Below are positions 38,722 to 51,600 of a stretch of DNA of 64,000 nt, one piece after another; position 1 is the stretch's first letter, and each line of letters opens with the position of its first letter. The stretch lies in NCBI GenBank assembly GCA_030248215.1, contig JASANG010000627.1, forward strand, positions 434,001 through 498,000, written 5' to 3'. Source of the DNA: Enoplolaimus lenunculus (Eukaryota). The notes under the pieces are model-generated. The model was given only the letters and a program-made list of their open reading frames with translations. It was not told the DNA's origin and ran no database searches. Both the position numbers and the translations under genes were made by a program.

Positions 38722-41700
38722 TCACCAATGTCTGCCTACGTTTCGGCCTTGACACTTATTACACGATTTTTTGCAATATACATGCATGTATCTTGGATTT
38801 ATACTGCATTCACCTTTCCGAGCCCAATCTTGACAATACATTCCTAAATCAACACAATTTCTGCTACCACCAGTGCTCGTACCACCTTCGTTGCATACAC
38901 CACACGATCGTTTGCAGTAAACATGCATATATGCAGGATTTCTTGAACATTCTCCAGATCGATGCCAGTACGCACAATGTGGCCCATAATCAAAACAGTG
39001 TTCTGTTGTTGGTGGTGGTGGTGGTGGGGATGGTGGTGAAAGCGCTAGATAAAAATGTTTTAGACTGAAATTATTTCTACGCTTCGTCATAATTACTTTA
39101 TCCGTATCCAATTTGAACGCAGCCTATTTAGTGGCAGATTTTAAACATTCAGAGAACGATAGTATACTAATGTTAAAATTTGACGCAATTTGTGCCCATA
39201 ACTACAAGCGAGAAAACTGCAGTTTTGTTTTAAATACCTGCCCTCAAAATATACATTTAAAGCGTTTCAATTTAGTCAAATATACAAATTTATCCATAAG
39301 CCAATTACACTCAGCTTGCAAATATACAATAAATATTACTAGACGTAAGAAGTTTAGCCACCTCTTTGAGTCGGTTGTTGCATAAAGACTGAGTTTCTAA
39401 GCAGCTTACTTGTACTTGGCTCAGGTTTTTTCGATGCACTTGTAGGCGGTAGACAGTTATAGAATTTGTTTAGTTTGATTATATCTGTTTCACTCAACCC
39501 GTTGCGTTGTCCTATTCGCACGTTTTGTTTTGGTACTATTGTTGGATAGCCTGCCCTGTAATAAGGAAGACAATGTAATTCAGCCCAATACCGAATTGGG
39601 CTAGTCCAAAGCGGAATTACGACTTGGACTAGGCCAAGGCGGAATCATGTTTGATAAAGCTGTGCGTTTTTTGATTGGTTACTTGATAGTCGTAATCATA
39701 CTGGATTCCAGTTTGCTCTATTCCAAAGCCTAAAGCCTAAGCCAAGCAAAAATCTTAAGCCAAAAACAAAAAAAATAGTTTAAAGCTTAAACTTACTCAT
39801 TTCTAGTCCCACAGAAAACGTTCAGTCCCTGATGTTTACATGAGCCGGTTTTTCTTTTAAGCATCTGTGAAGGGTGAAAACAATTTCAAAACTCACCACC
39901 AACTGTAAACAAATTGCTTGTGGTCGTCAGTCAATTGGACCTAATTTTTCCTGCTAAGCAACGAAAAACCCACGCAATACAAATGTGTCTGCGCGAGAAA
40001 TACTTAGAACAATGGATTTACCATTTGGTGAATGCAGTACGTCCATAATGCATAATGCTGTCGTAATCATACGACGTATTCAAATGATCAATTTCACGTA
40101 AAGTGTATTTGTTAAAATTGTCTTTTGCAGTCGCTATAATATTATTCCACATAATATCAACATATTTGTTCCGATCTGCGCGACTTTGTTCGTGGAAAAA
40201 TCCAGCCGCATGCATCATTTCGTGAACGACAATGCCAAAATGAACACAGTTTACACCTGGAAAATGTTTGTTACTTACTTTTATGCAACTTTCATACCTG
40301 TCGGATTCAACTCTACGTATTTATGAATATATTTTAAACTTATGTGAAATCTTATTTCAAACTTGCATTCGAATCTCAGTGTCTCGGGGGGGCAGGTGTC
40401 AGTGCCAATGCTAGCAACCTCCAGCCCCCCTAGAAAAGCCTCGTTCAATCAGGGGGCTTTATTTCAAGTGACTCGGTAAATTATTCGTCATACTCGCAGA
40501 TATAGATTCGGACCATTCCAAAAACCTTCAAGCGTCCTAAAACATAGCATCTGAGAATCTGTAGGAGTTATACAAAATACGTTTGACTGGATTAATAATT
40601 GGATTACAACGAATTTTTCTCTTGCATAATGCATCTGCGCACAAGAGGTTTCTGTAAACAAGTGGCCCTGATAAACCGCATTATCTTAATGAAACATTGG
40701 CGCCACAACGAATTTATGGGGGCCTCACGGGCAAAAATCGGAGATTGAAGGCGACCGTTCGCTTTCTTTTTGGCTGACGAACAAATAAAATTTGTGATCA
40801 ATTGGTATATTATCAAAGTGTATTAATAGAATTACGCTTACAAATTGAAGAAAATGATCCAACCCTCAAGATACAAGGCGTTCAAAAACTCTGCACGATA
40901 TACTGGAGTTTAATCCAGGAACTAAAGGCATAAAATGAAACACTTTGTGTTGTGAGATTGATTACGTTTGATACAAATAAAAATACGTTTCGCTTTTCGG
41001 TCGCTCCGCTCGCGAGGACCCTGTCTAACTTTTATAAATTGGCCCGTAAATGAACGCATTTCAAAGCCAATTGTATTATATTGTGATAGTCAAGAATATG
41101 GATGGCTGTTCGCTTTGTCTGCTCGCGATGTTCCTTCCGCTTTATTTTGAGATTCACCGTAAAATGCCCGCTTACAATTTCTGGATACGACGCTGCCGCC
41201 GTTCCGTCAGGTTCCAAAAATTCTGTTGTGCCACGCGGGACTCAGTGGCGCGTACGGAGACCAAGCGAGGCACAGTCTCGGCCCAGTGAGGCGTTTTACA
41301 ACCACGACCGACATTATGTTTATACATGTATAAAAAGTTGTTAAACACTACGCAACGCATTGTTTATTTTGTGTACGCAGACTCAATTATTATTTGTAAT
41401 TTTGATAGCAGAGGTAAAAAAGACAAACCAAGAGATAAATACTGCATGCCACGTTTGCGCCCAACAGACGAATAGCAACCGACGTCTTTAACTACATAAA
41501 CATAATCGTTTTCTCGATTAATTCGAGGAACCTGAAAATTTTACACTCGAGCTCTAAGTAACTCTATTCCTATGTGTTTACGCGGCGCAACTTTTGATCC
41601 AACTTTCATTCAAAATTTCCTTCTTTACCGATTGTTGCAAAATTTTCAAGTTTAGTTCAATTATTTCAGAAGTTTCAACAGATGAAGATGTTTGTTTAGT

Positions 41701-44021
41701 CAAAAATTTTAACTCCAAAAATAAATTAACGTAAAATTAAGCTTGCAAATTTGAAGCCATAACAGGCCCGTAGTGAGCTCACCAAGCTGGGTGGGAGGGG
41801 GGCTGAAAAATTTTCAGGCGGGGCATACAAGAGTTTTCAACGACTTACAAGCAAGGTTCACAATTTTCTAGGGGGCCAAAATTTTTCCCGGGGGCTGAGC
41901 CCTCCTAGCCTCCCCCCCTTTGGCTACGGGCCCGACGCATAAACAAACGTTCCCTTGTATAGAACCGGGCTGGATCGTTTTCCGGAGGGGCTGTAATAAT
42001 CAATTTAAGCTTTAGAGTAACTTTTTGCTTAGGCTTAAGCTTTGGAATACGCTCATCCTTACGCTTAGGCTTAAGCTTAGGCTTTAAGAATATGCGTATA
42101 TATACTACTGTTCCGGCCCTGTTCTATACTGGGCCACCAAACGTGTAGCCACGATGTTTGAAAAAGTGTACGTTTTCCTATAAAAAAATTCAATTTTTTA
42201 AAAGGGAAATGATTTTTATGTTGCAACTAAAAGTAATTGAACCTGTGTACAAAAGAACAAAACGTGGTTGGCTCTTAAGGCTTCTCCACTAGTTACGCTA
42301 TTTAGCCAATAAAAGTTGCTGAAAACAGGAACAAAACGTGGTTGGCTCTTACGGCTTCTCCACTAGTTACGCTATTTAGCCAATAAAAGTTGCTGAAAAC
42401 AGGAACAAAACGTGGTTGGCTCTTACGGCTTCTCCACTAGTTACGCTATTTAGCCAATAAAAGTTGCTGAAAACAGGAACAAAACGTGGTTGGCTCTTAC
42501 GGCTTCTCCACTAGTTACGCTATTTAGCCAATAAAAGTTGCTGAAAACAAGAACAAAACGTGGTTGGCTCTTACGGCTTCTCCACTAGTTACGCTATTTA
42601 GCCAATAAAAGTTGCTGAAAACTTGGTTTGACAAATGATTGCAGGTTTTGTCAGACAGCGTTTAGGCTTGTTTAATTGCTGAGTAATTTGTAGCTTGACT
42701 ATTCAACAGTACGACGTCACTTACCCACTGAATGCATGTATGTTTATAATAATGTGTAATCGCGGCAGCTATAACCGCTCGTTCGTACTGACTGAACTGG
42801 TTAGAAATCAAGTATGGAATCTTCGCATTTGGCCACTTTGCATGTAGTCCTGTAAATATAGTTCGAACCACAGCTACCTTGGGTCATTTAAACGTTATTC
42901 TCAACTCGGTTTAACACATATCAACTTCCACTGCTGTATATCGACAGATTGGCTTTCAAACAAAAGGACTACGTCAATTGAAACCTCAAAATTAGTGCGT
43001 AAAATATTGCAGCTGAATTTTCACTAATTCAAAAGTGTTGATAAAACTTGTTGTCTGCTTACTTTAGGTGGATGCCTCTTTATATAAAACCTGTCGCTTC
43101 CTCGAAACATTTTAGCCAAGTTGCTAGCCTTTCCAACAACTAATGTCTTAGAGAACACTTACCTCTTATGGCGTTTGCATCTGCTAGGACAGTGGTCGGA
43201 TCATGTTCAGGGTCATCGATGATGAAATCATCAACAAGCGACAAAATTGACAGATTTCCCAAAGCGATGTCGCCCTCAAATTTTCCAGCTTGCAACAACG
43301 GATCTTCACCAGTTTCGTTCAACTCCGTAGTTGTGTTGAGTATCAACGCGTTGACAAAGTCTTGCGGCCAAAGAGGAACATTGCTTTCGATTGGAATTGA
43401 AATATTTGACGGTTGATCGACGTGAACTTCTTGTGATGAAAGCACTTGGTTGCCAGTTGTAAACGTCTGAAATACCAATTGTAAGTTGCTATTACTGATC
43501 AAGATTTCTACTGGATATGTGAATATGTGCATGCCCGGATATAAAAAATATTCGATGCCTTTTTAAAGAACTAAAATTTTATATAAATAAAATACTGCAG
43601 GTTGCAGAATTCTAAAAAATTGTAGATCCAAAATACGTATGGTGAGCATTAAACGTTTAGCCATGTGACGTAGCTTGTTACAATTTTCCAATTTGAGTTT
43701 CATATTTGAAAAATAAAGTGGAGAAATCAATAAAAATTAATAAATGTTTATTATTCATTCTTTCCTTGTTACAAAATTTTAGCGGCATAAACAGCAAGCT
43801 GCGAATATTACTGAATCCAAGCCTAACCTTAAAGACTGAGCGTAAAAATAAGTCTAAAACTCAGCCTAAGCCAAGCGAAAATTGGTCTACACTCTATGAC
43901 ATTGCTGCAGAAAATCGGGACGCCCCTGAAAATAGGCCATTCATGCTATCAAACTATGCCTTACTTGACATAAAACTAACGGCAAGCCGAGCAATACAGG
44001 CAATGCCTTCGGTAATAGCAT
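38722..44021 (-). CDS. Astacin metalloprotease paralog B with 2 intact ShK domains (third frameshifted)
   Basis: Exons 43965-44021 (MLLPKALPVLLGLPLVLCQ), 43163-43466, 42725-42849, 41429-41531, 40022-40256, 39410-39555, 38722-39044; same intron phases as paralog A; HEMMHAAGFFHEQSRADR and SIMHY intact. Confidence 0.93.
41763..41934. mobile_element. GC-rich hAT-like MITE
   Basis: CAGGCCCGTAG / CTACGGGCCCG termini; flanks agccataa/acgcataa (6/8). Confidence 0.6.
41950..42135. mobile_element. Telomeric-repeat MITE (TTAGGC on + strand)
   Basis: Right TIR TTCCGGCCCTGTTCTATACTGGGCC, degenerate left TIR; flanks aacaaacg/accaaacg (7/8). Confidence 0.8.
42255..42622. repeat. Tandem array of five near-identical 74-bp units in an astacin B intron
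   Basis: Unit gaacaaaacgtggttggctcttacggcttctccactagttacgctatttagccaataaaagttgctgaaaacag starts at 42255, 42329, 42403, 42477 and 42551. Confidence 0.97.
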
Positions 44022-44241
44022 ACCTACGAAATCCGAAAATAAAAGCAAAATCTTCGAAAAAACAAAATACCGTTTGCCCAAACAAAAATTCTTGGGTGGC
44101 GTGCTGGCAGTCGCGATATACGTTTGAAAGGTTTGTAATCAGAAATGTGAAACTTTAGCTACTACTAGCTAAAAGTAACGCAAAAAATAACGTAACCTAA
44201 GGCAATCGTTGTTAATAGTACTTTACTGTCTTTTCAGCGTA

Positions 44242-44569
44242 CTGTAGTTTACCCGAATAAAAGTGGAGACCTGATATGCCATGTCCGTTTTTTGCTTGAG
44301 TTTATAAAGTTTATGCGAGTTGTCTGCGTGACTTGTGATTATTCAAACCAGTCTAGAGCATTCTTCTGCTTTGGTCTCATTAGTAGACACTAACTAATAC
44401 TTATGGACTGTATCCACCTGCGATTAATTATGGCTACTGACTCATATTGATTCAAGCTCAAAATGGGGACCCTCTCTTGCAAACACTCTTTATTCGTTCA
44501 CGCGAGGGGGGGCACCCTGTAGAGAGGCCAAATAAATATCAGTCCCCCTTCTTATTCGGGTCACTACAG
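44242..44569. mobile_element. Tc1/mariner (pogo-like) MITE
   Basis: TA|CTGTAGTTTACCCGAATAA ... TTATTCGGGTCACTACAG|TA: inverted termini with TA flanks. Confidence 0.75.
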
Positions 44570-45641
44570 TATGTAAATTTTCGATTATGTGTCGATGGGA
44601 GGTTTTATTTGTATAAATTAAAAGATAAACTATAATCAGCTGTTTCATTGATACATGGACCAATCGCGCTTTCTGTTGTAGAGGATTATTATTCTGTACT
44701 ATTCATGATGCAGTTTATTGAAATCTGTAGCGTGATGGATTTTCACGTGGAAAATATGTCGTCAGCGGCGCTATTTGTTTGTTAACAAAACCAAAACCTA
44801 CTGAGTTTTTTTATTTTTGTCGCCTTGGTATATTTCAGGCACTAAATTATTGGCTGATCTAAAACTAGGTTCCATATTGTGAAATGTGTACAGCAACTCA
44901 TAATAGGATTTCAAACTCACCAACTATTGCAGTTGTTTAACTCGAAAGTATAGAACAGAAGTAGAGCTAATCATATGCAAAAAATGTACTGAATTTTAAG
45001 CCTCAGTATTAACACATTAACTGGCTTAAAAGTTACAAGACCTATCACCAACTGGTGATTGGCGCTACACACATTTGAGAATATATACGGGCATAGAATA
45101 CGATGATGGGTCAAAACTGCATAACATTGAAATTTTCTAATATTTAATGCTAAAATTTCGCTTGGCTACTAGCTTGTTTGGCACAGGTCACAAAATCTCT
45201 GGATTCAGTGATGCATGAAAATACTTTGTCGTAAATTAACGACAAGCCTGCGTACCTTCCGCATTGTTTTTTGCGAAGGTAGTCTTGGTAATTTAATTAT
45301 GCGAATGGGCTTGCAGTTTTTAATGTTTATTTTATAAAAAGTTGTGTAAATCTTTTCAATGCATGATGTTTTATAGTTTCTTGAGTGCAAAAATATTTTT
45401 TGCCAATTTTACATTAACTTATTTCTGATGTTTTGAAGCTCCTACGCAAACTCTAGTAAACAATAAAATGTTGTAAACTATTTTTTAAGAATTAGCCGAC
45501 AAACAACATCCAATTTTTGGCGAAACCTCTACGAAAATGCGAATTACCTTTTATTACAAGTTGTAAACCAAGTTAATAAAAATTTAAAAACAACATTTTT
45601 AAAAAGTTTTGTTAGTTTTAATTTAAAATTTCGACTTAACG

Positions 45642-48600
45642 ATGAACACGAGATTAATAGCTGCGCTGTTGGTTCTATTTTACCTGTATCAGGTAAGGAA
45701 TACAAGTGCCGTGAGCCACCCAGCAGCAAACCTGGTGCTAGAATTCATAGTTCCTAAGGTCGCAGTATATAGTGCCTGTTGATAGGTAAAAGGTTGCAAT
45801 CGAACGTCTTACGCAAAAAAAAATATATTTAATATATAATATATATTATATATTATATAATCAGAGTGCAACAGGAGGAGAAAAGTACCGAAGCTGGAGG
45901 TGAGGCGAAGTTAAGCAGTTAAAATAGTGTTTAATTTTCTGATTGCAGCAAGTATCTGTAATGTATTGCTAAATTATTTGGTACTACGCTTATTGTTAAC
46001 GAAATTTCCGGTATTTTTCCGCAAATTTGTGTCAAAAGTTAAAATGATCGGAACGTTCGGCAAAAATTCCACCGCAGTCGAAGCCGAGGCCGTAGGACGA
46101 TTTTCTTTCGGAGCCGGAGCTGGATGCAGAAGTCTGGTTGCGCCCTGTTAAGTTATATTTATGCTCAAAAATTGGTGTAAATAACGTGAAGATCACACAA
46201 TTTTTCATTAATACAGATGTGTTTCAACTGTTACGAATTTATTCAAAATCTTAAAAATTGAGTGCATCAACATTTTTTCGTTAAAATTTTAGAATGCCCG
46301 GTGTAAAATTTTTTTCAAACTTTATAATTCAATGTTTGTTTCACATTTTGCTTCAACTATATTTAACCACCATTTATACCCTGAAATTGAAATGTTAATT
46401 CGTTAATACATCATGTATAACGTCTGTACTGTTATCAATTTTTAATGCTATGAAAAGTTTAAGAGTTTGGCACCGCTGAAAAAATTTTAATATGTTGAAA
46501 ACCCCGGCTACCTCGATTCGTAATTTTTAGCCCTGACCTGCTGCAGAATCTTGCTTGAAAAACTGCCCATACTGTGGCAACAATTGATCATGATAATCCT
46601 GCATTCTGTAATATCTTTACACCTGCCGTACTACAACCCTAACTTAAGAATCGTTTGAAAAATAAAAAACTCTTTTCCCATTTTGAACAAACGTTTTTTG
46701 CAATGAAAATCTGTGTTGAGAAATGGTAAAAAGTGTGTTCATTTCAGTTTTATGCATTTACAAAATGTACTTTGAAAGTCGTTGCTTTATAAGCGAAAAG
46801 CATTTTTAAATAGCGTTTTATTGTGGACACAATTCGCAAATCATTGTCACATTGAAGCCTAGGTTACTTTTAGGTCGTCCTGTTCTCTCGGGCAACTGCA
46901 ACAAACTAGGCTTAGAGTATATTCTATTTTTTGCTTAGTGTTTAGGCTTAGGCTCTCACGCGTAGGTTTAGAATTAACATTCTTTACACAGAGGCTATTG
47001 CTTGGGCTTGGGAATATGCGTAATCTAGAGCTATGAGCCATATGAATTTTTTATAGGATACCTCAATTTGCTCGGGACAACGTTCACGATCGCGAACTCG
47101 AAATCGGTCGCGAGTCAAACAAAAATTTCTGTCGCCAACAGATTTTGTTAAAGGCGATCGACTGGGAAGAAGCGAAAAAGAAGGGTTATGGGCAAAGAGG
47201 CTGAAAGAAGATCCAATACTTCAAGCTGGCAAATATGAAGGAGACATCGATTTGAAAGGGCTATCAATATTGTCGTATGTAGACCAGTTGATCATTGGGG
47301 ATCCGAAACCGGATAAAAATACTCCGCCGCAAGATGCAAATGCAATTCGAGTTAAGTACAGTATTGCATATTTGCAGTAGCGGATCCATGGAAAGGAAAG
47401 CCAGGTTTACGCCTTCCAACTGGGATCGAAACCAAAATATTATGTCAAAAAAATTCAGTACTAAAATTGTGTTTGGCTTCTTGCTCGCCTCGGTCGCAAG
47501 CTTCTCCACTGTTAATATATCAGGCGGACTCTCCAATCATAAATTTCTAAATCCGCAACTGCATATTTGTTAGGCAGGGTTGCAGAAATATGACAAATTC
47601 GATTTTAACTGTAAAATGTGTTAAGCCAGACGTTAACTCAAGTGGAGATTTTAGTTAAATTTTGCAACTTTGGCATGTGAAACACCGTGGAGAACAACGC
47701 TTTTCTGGCTTAGCTGTAAAATTTGCTTAAATGTTGTGCAAACTATTAGTAAGCAATTTCATGCTCTCAATCTGTCGCGAACATATTTGACAAATAAAAA
47801 ACGAAGCATTCGTGCTGTTCGGCAGAGGGGGCAGGGGTTCGCAACTCTCCTATAAACATTTTGTCTCCGCTAGAAAGTTTCAACCACGCTTGCTTGTATT
47901 AGTATGTCATATATGAAATATAATGCTTGCAAACCCCTCCTGAAATTTTTTCGCTCCCTATGAATTTGAATTAGCTACAAGTTCGGTGGAATTACAATGC
48001 TTTGACAAGACATAAAAGCATAATTTTGAGCACATAGACGAGAAAGAAAGCATAATTTTGAGTACATAGACGAGAAAGAAATATATCTATATATTAAAGT
48101 TGGAACACCCCACATACGTATTTTGGGCATTGTCAATCAAAGTTCAAGGCTTTTAGCACATATATACTTGCTAGAACAATTTCTTCTAAACATGTGCCAA
48201 AACACAGTGTATTTTAAGAGTCGCACATGTGCGCAACTGCAGATTAGTAGTAGTATTTAATTATAATTAAATTTCAGGATTGTACACAAAATGGCCGAAC
48301 GGCAGGATTCCGTATGTAATCGCAGGCGTATTTAATCAGTACGAGAGGTCGGTTATTGCTGCTGGTGTTTCACAGTACGACAAAAGTACGTGCATTGAAT
48401 GGGTAAGTAAGACCAAACACAACATGCTGCACACATTAATCACCAGTTTAACCTTGTAAATTTTGGTCATTTAAATTGCAGTGTTTTTTTCAAATATATT
48501 TTATTCGCTGCCATACTGGAATGAATTAATTTACAAATTAAAAAAAATTGGTAAGCTAATATGCAAATTAGCTATCAGCTAACTATTCAATTATCGGTTT

Positions 48601-51600
48601 TGGATGTTTGTAAACTATTTATTCAAATTTTTTGCACCAAAAAACCCTTTAGTGCTGAAATTATATTGCTTTTAACCTTAATAATTAGTGAAATATTGTA
48701 AAAAGTCCTAATTTAGGCTTATAAACTACGCTAATATGCAAATTAACTATTAGCTAACTGCTCAATTATAGGTTTTGGATGTTTGTAAACAGTCTACGCA
48801 GATTCTTCGCACCCAAAAACCCTTTAATGCTAAAATTAGATTGCTTCTAACTGTAATAATTAGTGAAATATTGTGGAAAGTCCTAATTTAGGCTTAATTA
48901 ATTATGCAAATTAGCCTGTAGCTAATAAACCGCTTAAAATTTTAAAACCCCAATGCGAGGTTAACACCCCAGGATAATTGGCTTTCAAACAAAAAAATTA
49001 TCAAAATGGGTTCACCCGTTCCTGAGATTCATTTCGGACGTACGGACGGACAGACGGACAGACGGACAGACGGACATATGGACAGACGGACAGACGGACA
49101 GACGGACAGACGGACAGACGGACGGACGGACATCCACCTTTCGACCCCCAAGTACAAAACATAAAACGCTTCGCGAAACTCCCAGCTTCGCTCGGAGTTT
49201 CGCTTCGCTCAATAAACCGTTGAAATTCAAATAATTTTATTTTTTTTGAATAATTTTAGGTTCCAAGATCAAGCGAACGTGATTACGTGTATATTACTAA
49301 GGATAGTGGGTGCTATTCTCAAGTCGGTCGAAGTGGAGGACGTCAGACGCTTTCATTGGGTAAACGTCAGCTTGTTTAAGATTTTTACTGCTGGCTTACA
49401 GCAGCTCACATTTTAACTGAAAACGCACACAGGAATAGGAGTGTGAAAAATCTGCCAAATTAAAACTTTTGTGTTTAACTTCCTTGAGACTGTTTTCAAT
49501 TTCAGGTTCTTTGCTGTTGTGCCCTTGTTTGATAAGTACCGTTGGATAAAATCGTTGACACATGCATCTCACTGGAACCTATATTGACTCATAAACTTTA
49601 TCAAGCTTGATATGAGTTTTGCAATGAAAATTTGGTAAAATATGTTGGAATTAGTTATTCAGATTAAAATTCATTTGTTAGGTTTAACAATTGACCCATA
49701 TTCCCAAAATTTGGAAATATGTGTTGCACCGATTGCCAGTTGGAGATAATTCTTGCAAAACTATTCCTAAGTGAATTGTGAGCATTAAAGTTTGAGCGCA
49801 GCTTTCTCGTTCGGTTTACCCTTTATTTTCCTATATCTGTACAAATTATTGTACCGTCAACGCTGTCGCAGTTTGTTTGTTTAAAAATTTAGTAGAAACT
49901 AGCGATTTTCAGGGTTTCAGCCATTACACACGTGCATACTTCTAATTTTATCGATGTTCGGAAAATTTTATTTGAGTTTTCAAAGTAACAGACTTTGTGG
50001 TTATTTTTTTGAAATAAAATATTAAATTTAAACTTTTTAAACCAGCTTTTCGTCTTTTTCATTTTTCGGGTTTATGATATTTTAAAATTAATTGCTAAAA
50101 TCACGTTTGCAGTCTGACAACAATTACACAATTTTAAAGATAGCAAATGAGATATATTTTGCTCTGCATGAAATTGCAAGACGTGTTTTAGGTACAAATT
50201 GTGTTCACATCGGTATTGTTGTTCATGAAATGATGCACGCTGCTGGATTTTTTCACGAACAAAGCCGAGCTGATCGAGATAAATATGTTACAATTCAATG
50301 GAATAATATTATGCCATTTGCAAAGTATAATTTCAACAAATACACATTGAAAGAAATTGATCATTTGAATACGTTATACGATTACGATAGCGTTATGCAT
50401 TATGGACGCACTGCGTTCACTGTAAGGTTAGCAACGTTTAACGTTATTCGTATATAATACTTTCAAACAAACAATGACGACAATGATTTAATTGAAAAAT
50501 TTTGTGCCTTCGACGTAATTTGTCGATCTCAACATATTGAAAAAATAGTTAAAATAGCACTTCAAATTTGTAAAAATTTCATTGCACAAAGGTATCCTCC
50601 CCTACCGGAAAATCCATTAATCGGCCACTGCCAAAATGTTTGTAAATGCAAATATTTAATTTTAAATTGTCAAAAAATTCAAAATTTTGTAAATGCAAAT
50701 ATTTAATTTTAAATCGTCAAAAAAATGTCGCTTTGATTCTTGAGATGCTAGACCTAATTTTAGACTTATATTCCTTTGCGACAGTCGCAACACGTTTCTT
50801 ACTTTACGGGTTGGAAGATCTAGACCCCCAAATCAATCTTAGCTACAAGCTTGCTTATAAAGGCATGAACTCGTTAAATTCATGACTCACGTTAACTGAA
50901 ATATGAATTGTGATGCATATGCAGATCAGATGCTGTTTCAGTATTTACAAAGGGCGATCCACTAAACGTTGCACAATTTAGGGTTGGATACACTGAAAAA
51001 AGTGTAAAAAAAGAATAACGCGTTCAAAATTTTTATTTAAGCCATGAAGATGAGACTTAAAGCGAAATAGGCGAGCAAAATTTAACTTAAACCGCCCGTC
51101 TGGGTAAACCAAAAGAATTGTAATATTTTGACACGTGTCCGTTGAAACAAGAGCTCAAATACAGTTTTCCGAAAATATTGCGCTTATTTGTTACAACTCG
51201 TGTTATTTTGAAAGAAAGCAAATGCCCCCTTCTCACATTTGTGTTCGTTATTTTTCCAAGCCTAAGCATATTCTCTGTCGTCAGGCGTAGGCTTAGGCCT
51301 AAGCTAAACCCGAGCTTAAAAAACCCAATTTATTCCTAAAAGCCTAAAACTACGGCTTCGTGCTTTTTTTGGTAATCCTTTTATTATATGTGTGTTGGAG
51401 GAAGTAAACAAATGCCGTTTGATGATTTGTTGATTACAGAGCTGGGCTTGCAACAATTGTACCGAAGAAAAATGTTCAAATTGGGCAACGCAGAGGATTA
51501 AGCGAAAACGACATCCGCAAACTGAACAAACTGTACAATTGTCCACCGATAACAACAAAGCCAAAGCCAAAGACAAGTACGCCAGTTATAATTAAAGACA

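Noticed and set aside
42255..42622. CRISPR-like array
   Set aside because: Units are contiguous and near-identical with no unique spacers, there are no cas genes, and the context is a eukaryotic intron.
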